This document shows, in pieces, positions 38,542-47,757 of a stretch of DNA of 64,000 nt. Under the pieces are notes generated by a model. That model did not search any database. It was not told the DNA's origin and saw only the letters and a program-made list of their open reading frames with translations. The DNA lies in NCBI GenBank assembly GCA_965222995.1, contig OZ244977.1, positions 582,095 to 646,094 of the forward strand, given 5' to 3'. Source of the DNA: Bacteroidia bacterium. Lineage in GTDB: Bacteria; Bacteroidota; Bacteroidia; UBA8524. The position numbers and the translations under genes were made by a program. Each line of letters opens with the position of its first letter. Within the stretch, counting starts at the first letter, position 1.

Positions 38542-39933
38542 ATGAAAATTGTTGATTTAAATAACTATGAAGAGAACGACGGCTTAAGAGACAAGTTGAG
38601 GAAGCGTATGGACACGCATGAACCTGAACTTTCTGATAGCGTGTGGGATAGAATTCACCATGAAATGGACAGGCGAGAGGCAAACCGTAAAAAACGTTTC
38701 TTGTGGTGGTTTTCTTCGGTAGCTGTTGTAATGCTTACCAGCGGTATTGTTTCTTTTTTGGTGTTAAGCAATGCCGATAAGCCAGAAGTAGTGGCACAGA
38801 ATACCAAAGAAATAATTTTTTCTTCTCCTGATAACCCTAGTTCAGAAATAATCACATTATCGCAAGATGATGATGAGACTGATGATAACCTACCTAGTAA
38901 AACAGAAAATACATCAAATACAATTTCTAATTCAGGTTTGAGCAATAGAAATTTAGTTCCACCTGTACCGACACCTGTTAATTATAGTTCTGGGCAGGAG
39001 AATATACCTAACAACAGTGTAGAAACAGAAGATAATAGTACAACAAAAGAGCTTACTGAAAAATTAGAAACTAAAGGAGAAGAAGTTGTGCCTGATGCTA
39101 CTACCGAGTCTTCTGAAAATGAAGATATAACTAAGAAAAATGAAAAAGAGCAAGCTATTGCTTTACCTGTTAAGAAAAAAGAGAAACAAGACGACAGCAA
39201 GAAGACTAAAAAAGCAAAAGCAGCCTCAAATTTTTTAAATAAGCGTTGGTTTGTTGGGATAAATTATAGCTTCAACCAAACATACCGTACTGTTACGGAT
39301 ATAACCCCTTCTTTTTTTTACCCTTCGGCAGAAGAACGCAACAAGTTTGAAAAAGCAGGATATAGTTCTAGCTACGGCTTAGAGTTTGGGTTTTATCCTA
39401 TAAAAAACTTTTTTGTTAAATCAGGCTTGGGAATATTCAACTATAAAGAAAATGTTGAATATGATGTGAAGAAAAGACAGTACTTTCCGGGGGGAGGAAT
39501 AGCAGTTATTTATGGGGATTATAAGGATAGTATAGCTGTTGGTAATAGTGTTAAAAAACAAAATACTTACCAATACATACAAATACCAATTGAAGTGGGC
39601 TATAGCAGAACCATTACACCCAGGTGGCAACTTTTTGTGAGTGGCGGGGCCGTTTTGAATATTTTACAGAATTACAGATATCACATGTATGAGTCATTTT
39701 ACGAGAATGCTGTCATACCACCGGGTGTTGAAGAAAATTATGATGACATGTATACAAACTATGTAATGCTTAGTGGAGGTATAGGAGGGCAGTATGCATT
39801 ATCGAGGAATTGGATGTTAAGCTTTGGTATAAATTACCGTAGGGCTGTAACATCAGCCGCCGACAAAAAATATGCAGTTGATGTAAGACCTTATTCACTG
39901 GGCGCATCAACGGGTTTGGCGTTTAGATTTTGA
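38542..39933 (+). CDS. Anti-sigma-factor-like membrane protein with C-terminal outer-membrane beta-barrel domain (paralog of 966..2309)
   Basis: 463 aa. The N-terminus has the motif DSVWDRIHHEMD, then one TM segment (LWWFSSVAVVMLTSGIVSFLVL), then an S/T/N/E/D-rich linker. The C-terminal ~230 aa are beta-barrel-like, ending GLAFRF. Confidence 0.6.
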   Translation: MKIVDLNNYEENDGLRDKLRKRMDTHEPELSDSVWDRIHHEMDRREANRKKRFLWWFSSVAVVMLTSGIVSFLVLSNADKPEVVAQNTKEIIFSSPDNPSSEIITLSQDDDETDDNLPSKTENTSNTISNSGLSNRNLVPPVPTPVNYSSGQENIPNNSVETEDNSTTKELTEKLETKGEEVVPDATTESSENEDITKKNEKEQAIALPVKKKEKQDDSKKTKKAKAASNFLNKRWFVGINYSFNQTYRTVTDITPSFFYPSAEERNKFEKAGYSSSYGLEFGFYPIKNFFVKSGLGIFNYKENVEYDVKKRQYFPGGGIAVIYGDYKDSIAVGNSVKKQNTYQYIQIPIEVGYSRTITPRWQLFVSGGAVLNILQNYRYHMYESFYENAVIPPGVEENYDDMYTNYVMLSGGIGGQYALSRNWMLSFGINYRRAVTSAADKKYAVDVRPYSLGASTGLAFRF

Positions 39934-40047
39934 ACTTTTGAGTAGAAAGTTATTGGTTAGGTGTTAGCCCTGAGGTAGTAAAATACCACAGGGCTTTTTG
40001 GCTAAACTTAATCGACTAATAAACTTTTTATTTCGACGACCAATGTT

Positions 40048-40055
40048 TATATTTG
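40048..40055 (+). promoter_or_regulatory. -7 promoter element TATATTTG upstream of S8 peptidase gene
   Basis: The TAnnTTTG match lies 26 nt upstream of the ATG at 40082. Confidence 0.35.
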
Positions 40056-40081
40056 ATATATCGTCTTATTAAAGACAAGAC

Positions 40082-41728
40082 ATGAAAAAATATATTTTAC
40101 ATATTGTTTTTTGCATAGCTTTCATTACTCCTGGCTTTGCTCAGATAGCTGAGGATAATGGCTTCATTGCAAATCAGTTATATGTAAAAATCATTCCTCC
40201 AACTGCACAATCTTTCGAAGTACAATATATACCTCACCCAGATAATCCTGATATGGGCAAAAGTGCATGGCAGGTAATAAAAAATTATGGGGGAATGAGT
40301 ATGGTAAATGCCTTTTCAACTACCTATAAAGATTTGCAAAATGTGTATAAAGTAACTTTAAAAGAAGGTTCTGATATTGAAGCATTGTTGAATGCATTGG
40401 GCAAAAACCAAGATGTTGAGTATGTTGAGCGAATACCTGTTTACAATACAACTGCAAAACCTGTTGATTTAGATGAGGGCAAACAATGGTATTTCAAAAC
40501 CATTAACATGGATAGGTCGTGGACTTCGGTACAACGTGTTTCATGGAGGCTAAAAACTATTGCCGTTATTGATAATGGTGTTCTCTACAATCATGAAGAC
40601 TTGGTTGGTAGTATAGAACAGAATTTAGGAGATATTCCCGGAGATGGTATTGATAATGACGGTAACGGTTATATAGATGATTTTTATGGATGGAATGTTG
40701 CTGCAAATAATGGCGACCCAAGACCACATGATATACCTCAAAACCTGAGAAATGATGCCCGCTTTGAAAAATACGGCTGGCATGGAACCCATGTTGCCGG
40801 GGTTATAGCAGCTGGTATTGACAACAATAAGGGGATAGCATCTTTAGGTATAAATAATAAGGTACTTTGTATAAAAGCGGCGGGAGTAATAAATGGTAAA
40901 CCTAACGATGCCATATTATACAACATTAATGAAGCCTTTAGATATGCTATAGATAGAAAGGTTGACATAATAAACTGCTCATTTGGGTCATCAAACCCCT
41001 CTATTGTAACGCAAGCAATTATAAATGAAGCAGCAAGTAAGGGCATTATAATTATTGCTGCAGGAGGGAACGGAGGAACTGATGAAGCATTTTATCCCGC
41101 AGCATACAATAATGTAATAGCTGTTGGTGCTACCACCCGTGATGATAAAATATTGGGTGAAAGTAATTATGGTAGCTATATTGATGTGATGGCACCCGGG
41201 CATGAAATTTACAGTACCGTTAGTACTAGTAATAATAGTTATGGATACTTATCGGGGACTTCAATGGCAGCGCCTATAGTATCAGGGATTGCGGGACTTA
41301 TAATATCTATGGAGCCGCATTTGGCAAACCAAATTGAAGAAATTATTAAGGGAGGATGTGATAATATTGACTCTAAGAATCCAAACTTTAAAGGTAAAAT
41401 GGGTGCAGGAAGGGTTAATGTAGACAGAAGTTATTTGTATATGGAAGGGCTGGTATCTGTAAAAGAGTTTCCAAACTATAAGAACTTTAGCGTTTACCCT
41501 AATCCTTCGTCAAATAACATATATATTCCCTTCAACGAAATTTCTATTTCAGGGCAACCCGTTTTAGTAAAAATATTAAATACGGTTGGTGCCCAAGTTG
41601 CCCAACAAGAAGTTAACTATCAAAACCAACCTGTTTCTGTAACACAATTGTCGCAAGGAATTTATCAAGTTGTTGTTACTAATATTAGTGGAGAGAACTA
41701 TCGCTCTCGTTTGGTCGTAAATCGCTAG
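40082..41728 (+). CDS. Subtilisin-like S8 peptidase with type-A T9SS C-terminal sorting domain
   Basis: Signal peptide. Catalytic motifs are AVIDNGV (Asp), HGTHVAGVIAA (His) and GTSMAAPIVSGIAGL (Ser). The C-terminal ~80 aa (FSVYPNPSSNNIYIPF...GIYQVVVTNISGENYRSRLVVNR) match the Por secretion CTD. Confidence 0.88.
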   Translation: MKKYILHIVFCIAFITPGFAQIAEDNGFIANQLYVKIIPPTAQSFEVQYIPHPDNPDMGKSAWQVIKNYGGMSMVNAFSTTYKDLQNVYKVTLKEGSDIEALLNALGKNQDVEYVERIPVYNTTAKPVDLDEGKQWYFKTINMDRSWTSVQRVSWRLKTIAVIDNGVLYNHEDLVGSIEQNLGDIPGDGIDNDGNGYIDDFYGWNVAANNGDPRPHDIPQNLRNDARFEKYGWHGTHVAGVIAAGIDNNKGIASLGINNKVLCIKAAGVINGKPNDAILYNINEAFRYAIDRKVDIINCSFGSSNPSIVTQAIINEAASKGIIIIAAGGNGGTDEAFYPAAYNNVIAVGATTRDDKILGESNYGSYIDVMAPGHEIYSTVSTSNNSYGYLSGTSMAAPIVSGIAGLIISMEPHLANQIEEIIKGGCDNIDSKNPNFKGKMGAGRVNVDRSYLYMEGLVSVKEFPNYKNFSVYPNPSSNNIYIPFNEISISGQPVLVKILNTVGAQVAQQEVNYQNQPVSVTQLSQGIYQVVVTNISGENYRSRLVVNR

Positions 41729-41814
41729 TTAGCCTTATTTACTTTATCCTTTATCGTAATTGGATTTACAGTATTTCATTTGTTTATATATTGGTGCTCA
41801 CTTATTTTTAGAGC

Positions 41815-42984
41815 ATGAAAAAAATCTTATTTAGTGCGCTACTTCTTATAGCGTTCACATTTTCACAAGCACAAACATTTACAAACAAAGAGGGTAGCAA
41901 GTATAAGTTTACTACTGTTAAAGATATTGAAGCTACAGCAGTAATGAGCCAAAACCGCAGTAGCACTTGTTGGAGTTACTCTTCGCTATCGTTTTTTGAG
42001 AGTGAGCTTATCCGAATGGGTAAACCTGCTGTGAAATTGGCACCTATGTATATAGTGCGTAAGGCTTATGAAGACAAAGTAGAGAAATATGTGCGTATGC
42101 ACGGTACGATAAATCTTGCTGCAGGGGGTGCCTTTCACGATACAAAATATGTATGGGAAAAGTATGGTATTATTCCCTTAGAGTTGGATAGTAGTGATGA
42201 AATTACAGGCGATGAAAACCCTGTACACGGCGAGTTGGATGCGATGATAAAGGCCGCTGCTGATGTTATTATCAAAGCAAAAAATAATAGAAAACTAAGT
42301 AAGGTTTGGGAGAATAGTATTAAGGGAATTTTAGATGCCCATTTTGGTGAGGAGCCTAAAGAATTTGACTATAAAGGTAAAAAGTATACACCTAAAAGCT
42401 ACGCAGAATCATTAGGGTTAAATATGGTCGATTACGTAGCCATAACCTCATTTAACCACCACCCTTTTTATAGTGAGTTTGCGCTTGAAGTGCCTGATAA
42501 CTGGCAGTGGGGTACCTGCCATAATGTACCTTTAGATGAGTTTCAGCAAATTATGGATAATGCCCTTGGCAATGGCTATGGCGTTGCTTGGGCAGCAGAT
42601 GTTAGCGAACTGGGCTTTAACTGGAAAGAAGGTTTGGCTATTGAGCCCGCAGCAGATTTAGGTAAAAGAGGTTCTGATGAATGGGCTGCTGCTTTTAAAT
42701 CACCCGTAAAACAAAAAACAATTACGCAAGAACTTCGCCAACAGGCTTTTGATGATTATACCACACAAGACGACCATGGTATGCATTTTACAGGTATAGT
42801 AAACGACCAGCAGGGCAATGTATACTATAAAGTAAAAAACTCATGGGGAAGCTATAAAGGCAATAGTTGTGAGGGGTACCTGTATGCCTCTCGTGAGTAC
42901 GTACTTTATAAGACTACAAATATCTTAGTTCATAAAGATGCTATACCTAGTGCAATTGCAACGAAAATGGGTTTAAAAAAATAG
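41815..42984 (+). CDS. C1-family cysteine peptidase (aminopeptidase C / bleomycin-hydrolase-like)
   Basis: Signal peptide. The catalytic Cys context is QNRSSTCWSYSSLSFFESE. His/Asn region segments are present in the C-terminus (HGMHFTGIV...NSWG). Confidence 0.8.
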   Translation: MKKILFSALLLIAFTFSQAQTFTNKEGSKYKFTTVKDIEATAVMSQNRSSTCWSYSSLSFFESELIRMGKPAVKLAPMYIVRKAYEDKVEKYVRMHGTINLAAGGAFHDTKYVWEKYGIIPLELDSSDEITGDENPVHGELDAMIKAAADVIIKAKNNRKLSKVWENSIKGILDAHFGEEPKEFDYKGKKYTPKSYAESLGLNMVDYVAITSFNHHPFYSEFALEVPDNWQWGTCHNVPLDEFQQIMDNALGNGYGVAWAADVSELGFNWKEGLAIEPAADLGKRGSDEWAAAFKSPVKQKTITQELRQQAFDDYTTQDDHGMHFTGIVNDQQGNVYYKVKNSWGSYKGNSCEGYLYASREYVLYKTTNILVHKDAIPSAIATKMGLKK

Positions 42985-43004
42985 TAAACGCTTTATTCTA
43001 ATAT

Positions 43005-43039
43005 AAAAGCCCTATGCAACAGCAAAGGGGCTTTTTTTT
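43005..43039 (+). terminator. Intrinsic terminator after C1 peptidase gene
   Basis: AAAAGCCC-(15-nt loop)-GGGCTTTT with a T8 run. Confidence 0.55.
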
Positions 43040-43097
43040 GTAGCTCTAAAACACTTCGATATAGTAGTTACTCTGCATAAGTCAATTTTGAGATAGG

Positions 43098-43142
43098 AAA
43101 ATACACTATAAATGCAACATTGTTGCATTTATAGTGTATTTT
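43098..43142. promoter_or_regulatory. 45-bp near-perfect palindrome (operator-like) overlapping the promoter of oxidoreductase gene 43162
   Basis: AAAATACACTATAAATGCAACA-T-TGTTGCATTTATAGTGTATTTT has 22-nt arms around the core TGCAACA-T-TGTTGCA. The -7-like TATTTTTG at 43137..43144 lies inside the right arm. The ATG is at 43162. Confidence 0.5.
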
Positions 43143-43161
43143 TGTCCCATTAAAAGAAGCA

Positions 43162-44067
43162 ATGAGTAAACTATACGATACAATTATTATTGGTGGGAGC
43201 TATTCTGGTTTATCAGCAGCAATGTCATTAGGGCGGGCATTAAGAAACGTACTAATTATAGATGAGGGAAAACCCTGTAATATCCAAACACCTTATTCAC
43301 ACAATTTTATTACTCAAGATGGCAAAGCACCATTAGTTATAAAAGAAGAAGCTTTAGCACAAGTTTTAAAGTATAATACAGTTGAACTTAAAAAGGGTAA
43401 AGCTGTTTCAGTAGAAAAATTGGCTGAAGGAACCTTTAATATTATGAGCAGTGATGGGAAAGAATGGCAAACTGGGAAACTATTATTTGCTTCGGGAATT
43501 AAGGATATAATGCCAAATATTAAGGGATTTAAAGAGTGTTGGGGTATATCTATACTACATTGCCCTTATTGCCATGGTTATGAAGTAAAGGCCCTTGAGA
43601 CAGGAGTTTTGGCTAAAGGAGATATAGGATTTGAATTTACTAAAATGATAAGTAACTGGACGAATAAATTAACACTATACACTAACGGTGAAGATGATTT
43701 AAGTAAAGAGCAGAGAGAAAAATTAGAAACCAATGATATAATGTTAGACAAAAGAAAAATACAAGAATTTGTGCATGATAGAGGTAACCTGAAAAGGGTT
43801 GTATTTAAGGATGGAAACCATGTGGATTTAACAGTAATGTATGCCAATGTTGAGACAAAACAACATTGTGATTTTCCTGAGCTTTTAGGTTGCGAGTTTA
43901 CTGAATCTGGTCTTATAGAAGTTAACGGGTTTCAACAAACAAGTATTGCAGGGGTTTATGCCGCAGGCGATTGCGCTTCAATGTTTAGGTCAGTAGCTCT
44001 CTCTGTTTCATCGGGTTCGGTTGCCGGAGCAGCCATTAACCATGAATTAATTAACGAAAGTTTTTAG
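43162..44067 (+). CDS. Thioredoxin-reductase-like NAD(P)/FAD-dependent oxidoreductase with CPYC redox motif
   Basis: FAD motif IIIGGSYSGLSAA, a CxxC at ILHCPYCHGYE and a second nucleotide-binding motif GVYAAGDCAS. Confidence 0.8.
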   Translation: MSKLYDTIIIGGSYSGLSAAMSLGRALRNVLIIDEGKPCNIQTPYSHNFITQDGKAPLVIKEEALAQVLKYNTVELKKGKAVSVEKLAEGTFNIMSSDGKEWQTGKLLFASGIKDIMPNIKGFKECWGISILHCPYCHGYEVKALETGVLAKGDIGFEFTKMISNWTNKLTLYTNGEDDLSKEQREKLETNDIMLDKRKIQEFVHDRGNLKRVVFKDGNHVDLTVMYANVETKQHCDFPELLGCEFTESGLIEVNGFQQTSIAGVYAAGDCASMFRSVALSVSSGSVAGAAINHELINESF

Positions 44068-44069
44068 CC

Positions 44070-46454
44070 TTATTTTTTTTCCAAAACAGGAATAATAACC
44101 GTAACTACTACGTTTCTGCCCGGTTCTGGCAAGTTAAGAAAACGCCAACGGCTAAGGTGGTTTAAATAGCGTACATCCGTTAAGTTTTGTACTTGTAAAT
44201 AAACGGTAGCTCGTTTTTTTCCTTTAGTTTCAATTTCAAAACCAGCACCTGCATTCCATAATTGATAGGCAGGTGTGGTTAGCTCATTTCTATCGGTACG
44301 GTTTTGAGCTGTAATATAATTGTGGCTAAGCTGTATAAATAGACCCTTAATATTTCTCCCCACCTTCGGTAATTCCCACTCAACTTCGCTTTTTAGCGAG
44401 GGTGGGGGGGTAAATGGCAATGGTAAATCTTCACTAACATTATAAGTTCTTACCAAGTCTCCCGTAAGAGATAAGTGTAAATGCTTAGTTGGGTGGTACT
44501 CTGCAGTGAATTCACCACCGCTATAAATTGCCTCGGCTTGGGTAAACTGGTATATCTGCCCACCCTCGGGCAAGAAAGAAAAACGGGCTGTTGGGCGTAA
44601 ATAAATATAATTGGTAAAGTAGTTAAAGAAGGGGCTAAAACTAAATAAGAACTTTTCTTTTTCTACGGAGATAACTACATCGGTTTGGTAGCCGTTTTCA
44701 GGTAATAAACTGCTATCACCTACCTCGTGCCGAAAACTGCCATGGTGCAGTCCGTTTACACTTAATTCTTGCGGTGTAGGCATACGGAAAGACTTACCAA
44801 AGTTTAGTTTAAAACTCCAATAATTATTAGGGTTGTATGCAGCACCAATGCTACCGCTCCAGCTATAAAAATCTCTATTAATATCAGGATTACGTTGAGT
44901 ATAGCCTTTAATTGTGGTGGCGTTTTGCCAAACAGGTTGCAGGTGGCGTTCTATAGCTACATTACCATAATCGAAACGAAGACCTGCATTGGCTATAAAT
45001 TTACGGCTTATATGCCATTTTTCTACTGCAAAGGCACCTATGTTAAAGGCATCAAAATTAGGGAGCAGAAACTCAAACCCACCAAAACGGTTTTGCTGGT
45101 AGCTGCTACTAATGCCATATACACCATCCAGTACTTTTAAGGTTTTAGCATGGTAGCGAATATTGGTACTAAAAGTTTGTAGTCTTAGACTATGAGCGGT
45201 AGTGCTATTTATTTGCGGCCCCACACCATGCGCATGCGGACTAGAGTTTTCATTGCGTAAGTTGTTTTGGTAGCCTGCATCAATCTCCATCCAGTTTTTA
45301 CCAATTTGTATATTGGTGTTAGAGATAATTTTAAAGTGGTTTATATCTTGGTTAGGTAAAGCAATATTGCGTTCATCACCATCAGGAGTTAGTTGGTAAG
45401 CTCTTGGAATACCTAAAGCACCGCTAAAAATACCTATTTGTTGGTTGTAGTTACTTATAGTTATATGGCTGTAGCCCCAGTTTTTATTTACCCCCAACAT
45501 TAGCGAGGCATGGCGTTCTCTACCCGCTGTATTTTTCAGTTTTTGGTTATAGATGGGCAATACAAAACGGTTGTATACAAAACTATCGGCTGGTACATTA
45601 TAATCACCATAATCTAGGGCTGTAAGTCTTGCTCTATATACAAACCCCTTGTGGTTTCCCTTTGCTTGTGCAGAAACACCGTATGTATTATTTACACTTT
45701 TGTAGTTGGTAAGAAAAGCCGCGCTGTGGCTACCCTCCATAGGGCTAACAGGATGTTTAAGGTTTACCACACCGCCAATAGCATCAGACCCGTAAACTAA
45801 TGAAGCAGGACCTTTTAATATTTCTATTTGTTCAACGGCAAACTGGTCTATCTCTAAACCGTGGTCGCCGCCCCATTGTTGCCCTTGTTGTTTTATGCCA
45901 TTATCTGCCACTGCAACACGGTTAAAACTCATTCCCCGAATAACAGGTTTAGAAACACCTGTACCCATATTAATGCTATTAATACCAGGCAGCTTATCTA
46001 ATGAGTTCATTAGCGTGGTACCCATATTTTTTTGTAGGTAACCTTCATCAACAGCAATTAACTCTACAGAGCTTTCTTGTTGTGATAGTTTTAGAACGTT
46101 ACTCTCTATTACTACCTCATTTACTTCTAAACTAGTGGGTACAAGTGTTACAGTTAGCTGTACATCTTCATCGGCTATTATAACGTCTCGGGCAGCAGGC
46201 TTATAACCAATCATACGGATATGTATGTGATACCGCCCGTTTTTTACATTTTTTATGGTGAAGTTGCCTAAAGAATCTACACCCACGCCTTGCTGTGTTT
46301 CGTGCAGATATACTGAAGCCGCAAAAGCAGGTTCCTTATTCTCTATTAATACCTTACCACTAATTTTGTATTGGGCAGACAGTAAGGTAGTTATGAGAAT
46401 AAAAAAGAGTAGTAGTATATATTTGCTCTTTGCCAACTTTATAAAAGACGACAA
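44070..46454 (-). CDS. TonB-dependent outer membrane receptor
   Basis: Signal peptide, CarboxypepD_reg-like N-domain (YKISGKVLIENKEPAFAASVYL) and plug segments. The C-terminal barrel is 794 aa. It lies 31 nt downstream of the MarR-like gene on the same strand. Confidence 0.9.
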   Translation of the reverse strand: MSSFIKLAKSKYILLLFFILITTLLSAQYKISGKVLIENKEPAFAASVYLHETQQGVGVDSLGNFTIKNVKNGRYHIHIRMIGYKPAARDVIIADEDVQLTVTLVPTSLEVNEVVIESNVLKLSQQESSVELIAVDEGYLQKNMGTTLMNSLDKLPGINSINMGTGVSKPVIRGMSFNRVAVADNGIKQQGQQWGGDHGLEIDQFAVEQIEILKGPASLVYGSDAIGGVVNLKHPVSPMEGSHSAAFLTNYKSVNNTYGVSAQAKGNHKGFVYRARLTALDYGDYNVPADSFVYNRFVLPIYNQKLKNTAGRERHASLMLGVNKNWGYSHITISNYNQQIGIFSGALGIPRAYQLTPDGDERNIALPNQDINHFKIISNTNIQIGKNWMEIDAGYQNNLRNENSSPHAHGVGPQINSTTAHSLRLQTFSTNIRYHAKTLKVLDGVYGISSSYQQNRFGGFEFLLPNFDAFNIGAFAVEKWHISRKFIANAGLRFDYGNVAIERHLQPVWQNATTIKGYTQRNPDINRDFYSWSGSIGAAYNPNNYWSFKLNFGKSFRMPTPQELSVNGLHHGSFRHEVGDSSLLPENGYQTDVVISVEKEKFLFSFSPFFNYFTNYIYLRPTARFSFLPEGGQIYQFTQAEAIYSGGEFTAEYHPTKHLHLSLTGDLVRTYNVSEDLPLPFTPPPSLKSEVEWELPKVGRNIKGLFIQLSHNYITAQNRTDRNELTTPAYQLWNAGAGFEIETKGKKRATVYLQVQNLTDVRYLNHLSRWRFLNLPEPGRNVVVTVIIPVLEKK

Positions 46455-46485
46455 AAATACCCTAAATGCAAGTATGTTGCAAAAA

Positions 46486-47154
46486 TTAATCTGTGTACGA
46501 GTGCTCAGGACAATCTATTCGCAATTTATCCTTTGGCAATTTTTGCTTAAGAAGATTACAATAACCGCCACCTGTATTTTGGTAGTACTCGCAGGTTAAG
46601 CACATTCTTTGTAGGGTGATTATGCTACTTTTGGTTAATTTATAAATTAGCTCTACCAATGCATTAAATAAATCTTCCTTTTGGGTTTGTGATAGTTGAC
46701 TAATAGGCTTTTGTAAAGGGAGAATAAAGTTTGATGTTTTGTAAGCCAGCTTCTTACCTTTTGGAGTTAGTGTAAGTGAATAGCTTCTAGTATCTAAAGG
46801 GTCTGCATTTTTTTCTATTAGTTTTTTTTGTGAAAGAGCCTTTACTGCATCACTTATAGTCGCTTTAGTTAAGTTAAACTCTTTGGCCAGGTATCCCACC
46901 TTGCAGTATTGATTTTGTGTATGGAAGGCTAAGAAGATTAGTATTTGCATTTGTATAGGGCTTAAAGTATGCTCCTTTGCTTCATCCCAAAGAGCTACTC
47001 TAAATGCTTCTGAAACTCTTTCTAAAGCCACCACAATTTTGCTGTCTAAACTAGAGTTTTGTACATTTAAGTTAAAAGCTGTTTCATCCATAAAAGTAAT
47101 GCAGAGTATAATACCCTGCATTACAAAGTTAGTAGTCCTAACTATTAAAATCAA
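46486..47154 (-). CDS. MarR-family winged-helix regulator with C-terminal Cys4 (CxxC...C...C) extension
   Basis: The MarR-like core is LSPIQMQILIFLAFHTQNQYCKVGYLAKEFNLTKATISDAVKALSQKKLIEK. The C-terminus is RMCLTCEYYQNTGGGYCNLLKQKLPKDKLRIDCPEH. The alternative start MDETAFN lies at 47091. Confidence 0.7.
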   Translation of the reverse strand: MILIVRTTNFVMQGIILCITFMDETAFNLNVQNSSLDSKIVVALERVSEAFRVALWDEAKEHTLSPIQMQILIFLAFHTQNQYCKVGYLAKEFNLTKATISDAVKALSQKKLIEKNADPLDTRSYSLTLTPKGKKLAYKTSNFILPLQKPISQLSQTQKEDLFNALVELIYKLTKSSIITLQRMCLTCEYYQNTGGGYCNLLKQKLPKDKLRIDCPEHSYTD

Positions 47155-47158
47155 AATT

Positions 47159-47743
47159 TTAGAATTCTCCCTCGTTAATGTACGGATGGCACCATAACAG
47201 CGTAGTTAATGTTATGGCTTTAAACCATGCAGTATGCATAGCTTCAACCTCATCTTGGGTATGGCCTTTTTTGGCAAGAAACGGCTTTATGGTTGCTGTT
47301 ATTGGGAAGATAAATGCTACCATATATCTGAAATGGACTATAGGAGTAGCATCTACAGTGTCTGTTTTATTTTTCTTTATAGAGTGGTGGCGAAGAGCAA
47401 TTTCATGCTGGTAATTAAGCCAATCTTGATTATAGGTACGATTACATAGGTCTAGAATCCATTGTTTAAATCTTTCGCGTACTTTATTTAAGTAATCTTC
47501 ATCAGGTGAACTATTTTTACCAAAATAGCTTATCAAATGTTTATGGCTATCTACAAAACCATACCATACATCTAATACATCATCAGTTTGGTCTGCTAAA
47601 ACCACCCCTGCCTTTTTAAGTTGCAACTCGTCTTCTTCTGTAAATAAAACTGTTTGTTTAAGAAGGTCTAAATCTTCAAGTGTAATGGGTGAAGTAGCTA
47701 CTTGCCCATAAGTGTAGCCATGAATGTTTTTTTGTGTTGTCAT
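47159..47743 (-). CDS. Protoglobin-like stand-alone sensor globin
   Basis: 194 aa. Segments GYTYGQV, DVLDVWYGFV, IALRHH and FRYMVAFIFPITATIKPFLAKKGH closely recall archaeal protoglobin (~195 aa), which I am recalling from memory. It lies 4 nt upstream of the MarR-like gene. Confidence 0.7.
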   Translation of the reverse strand: MTTQKNIHGYTYGQVATSPITLEDLDLLKQTVLFTEEDELQLKKAGVVLADQTDDVLDVWYGFVDSHKHLISYFGKNSSPDEDYLNKVRERFKQWILDLCNRTYNQDWLNYQHEIALRHHSIKKNKTDTVDATPIVHFRYMVAFIFPITATIKPFLAKKGHTQDEVEAMHTAWFKAITLTTLLWCHPYINEGEF

Positions 47744-47757
47744 AGTGTTATAAGATT

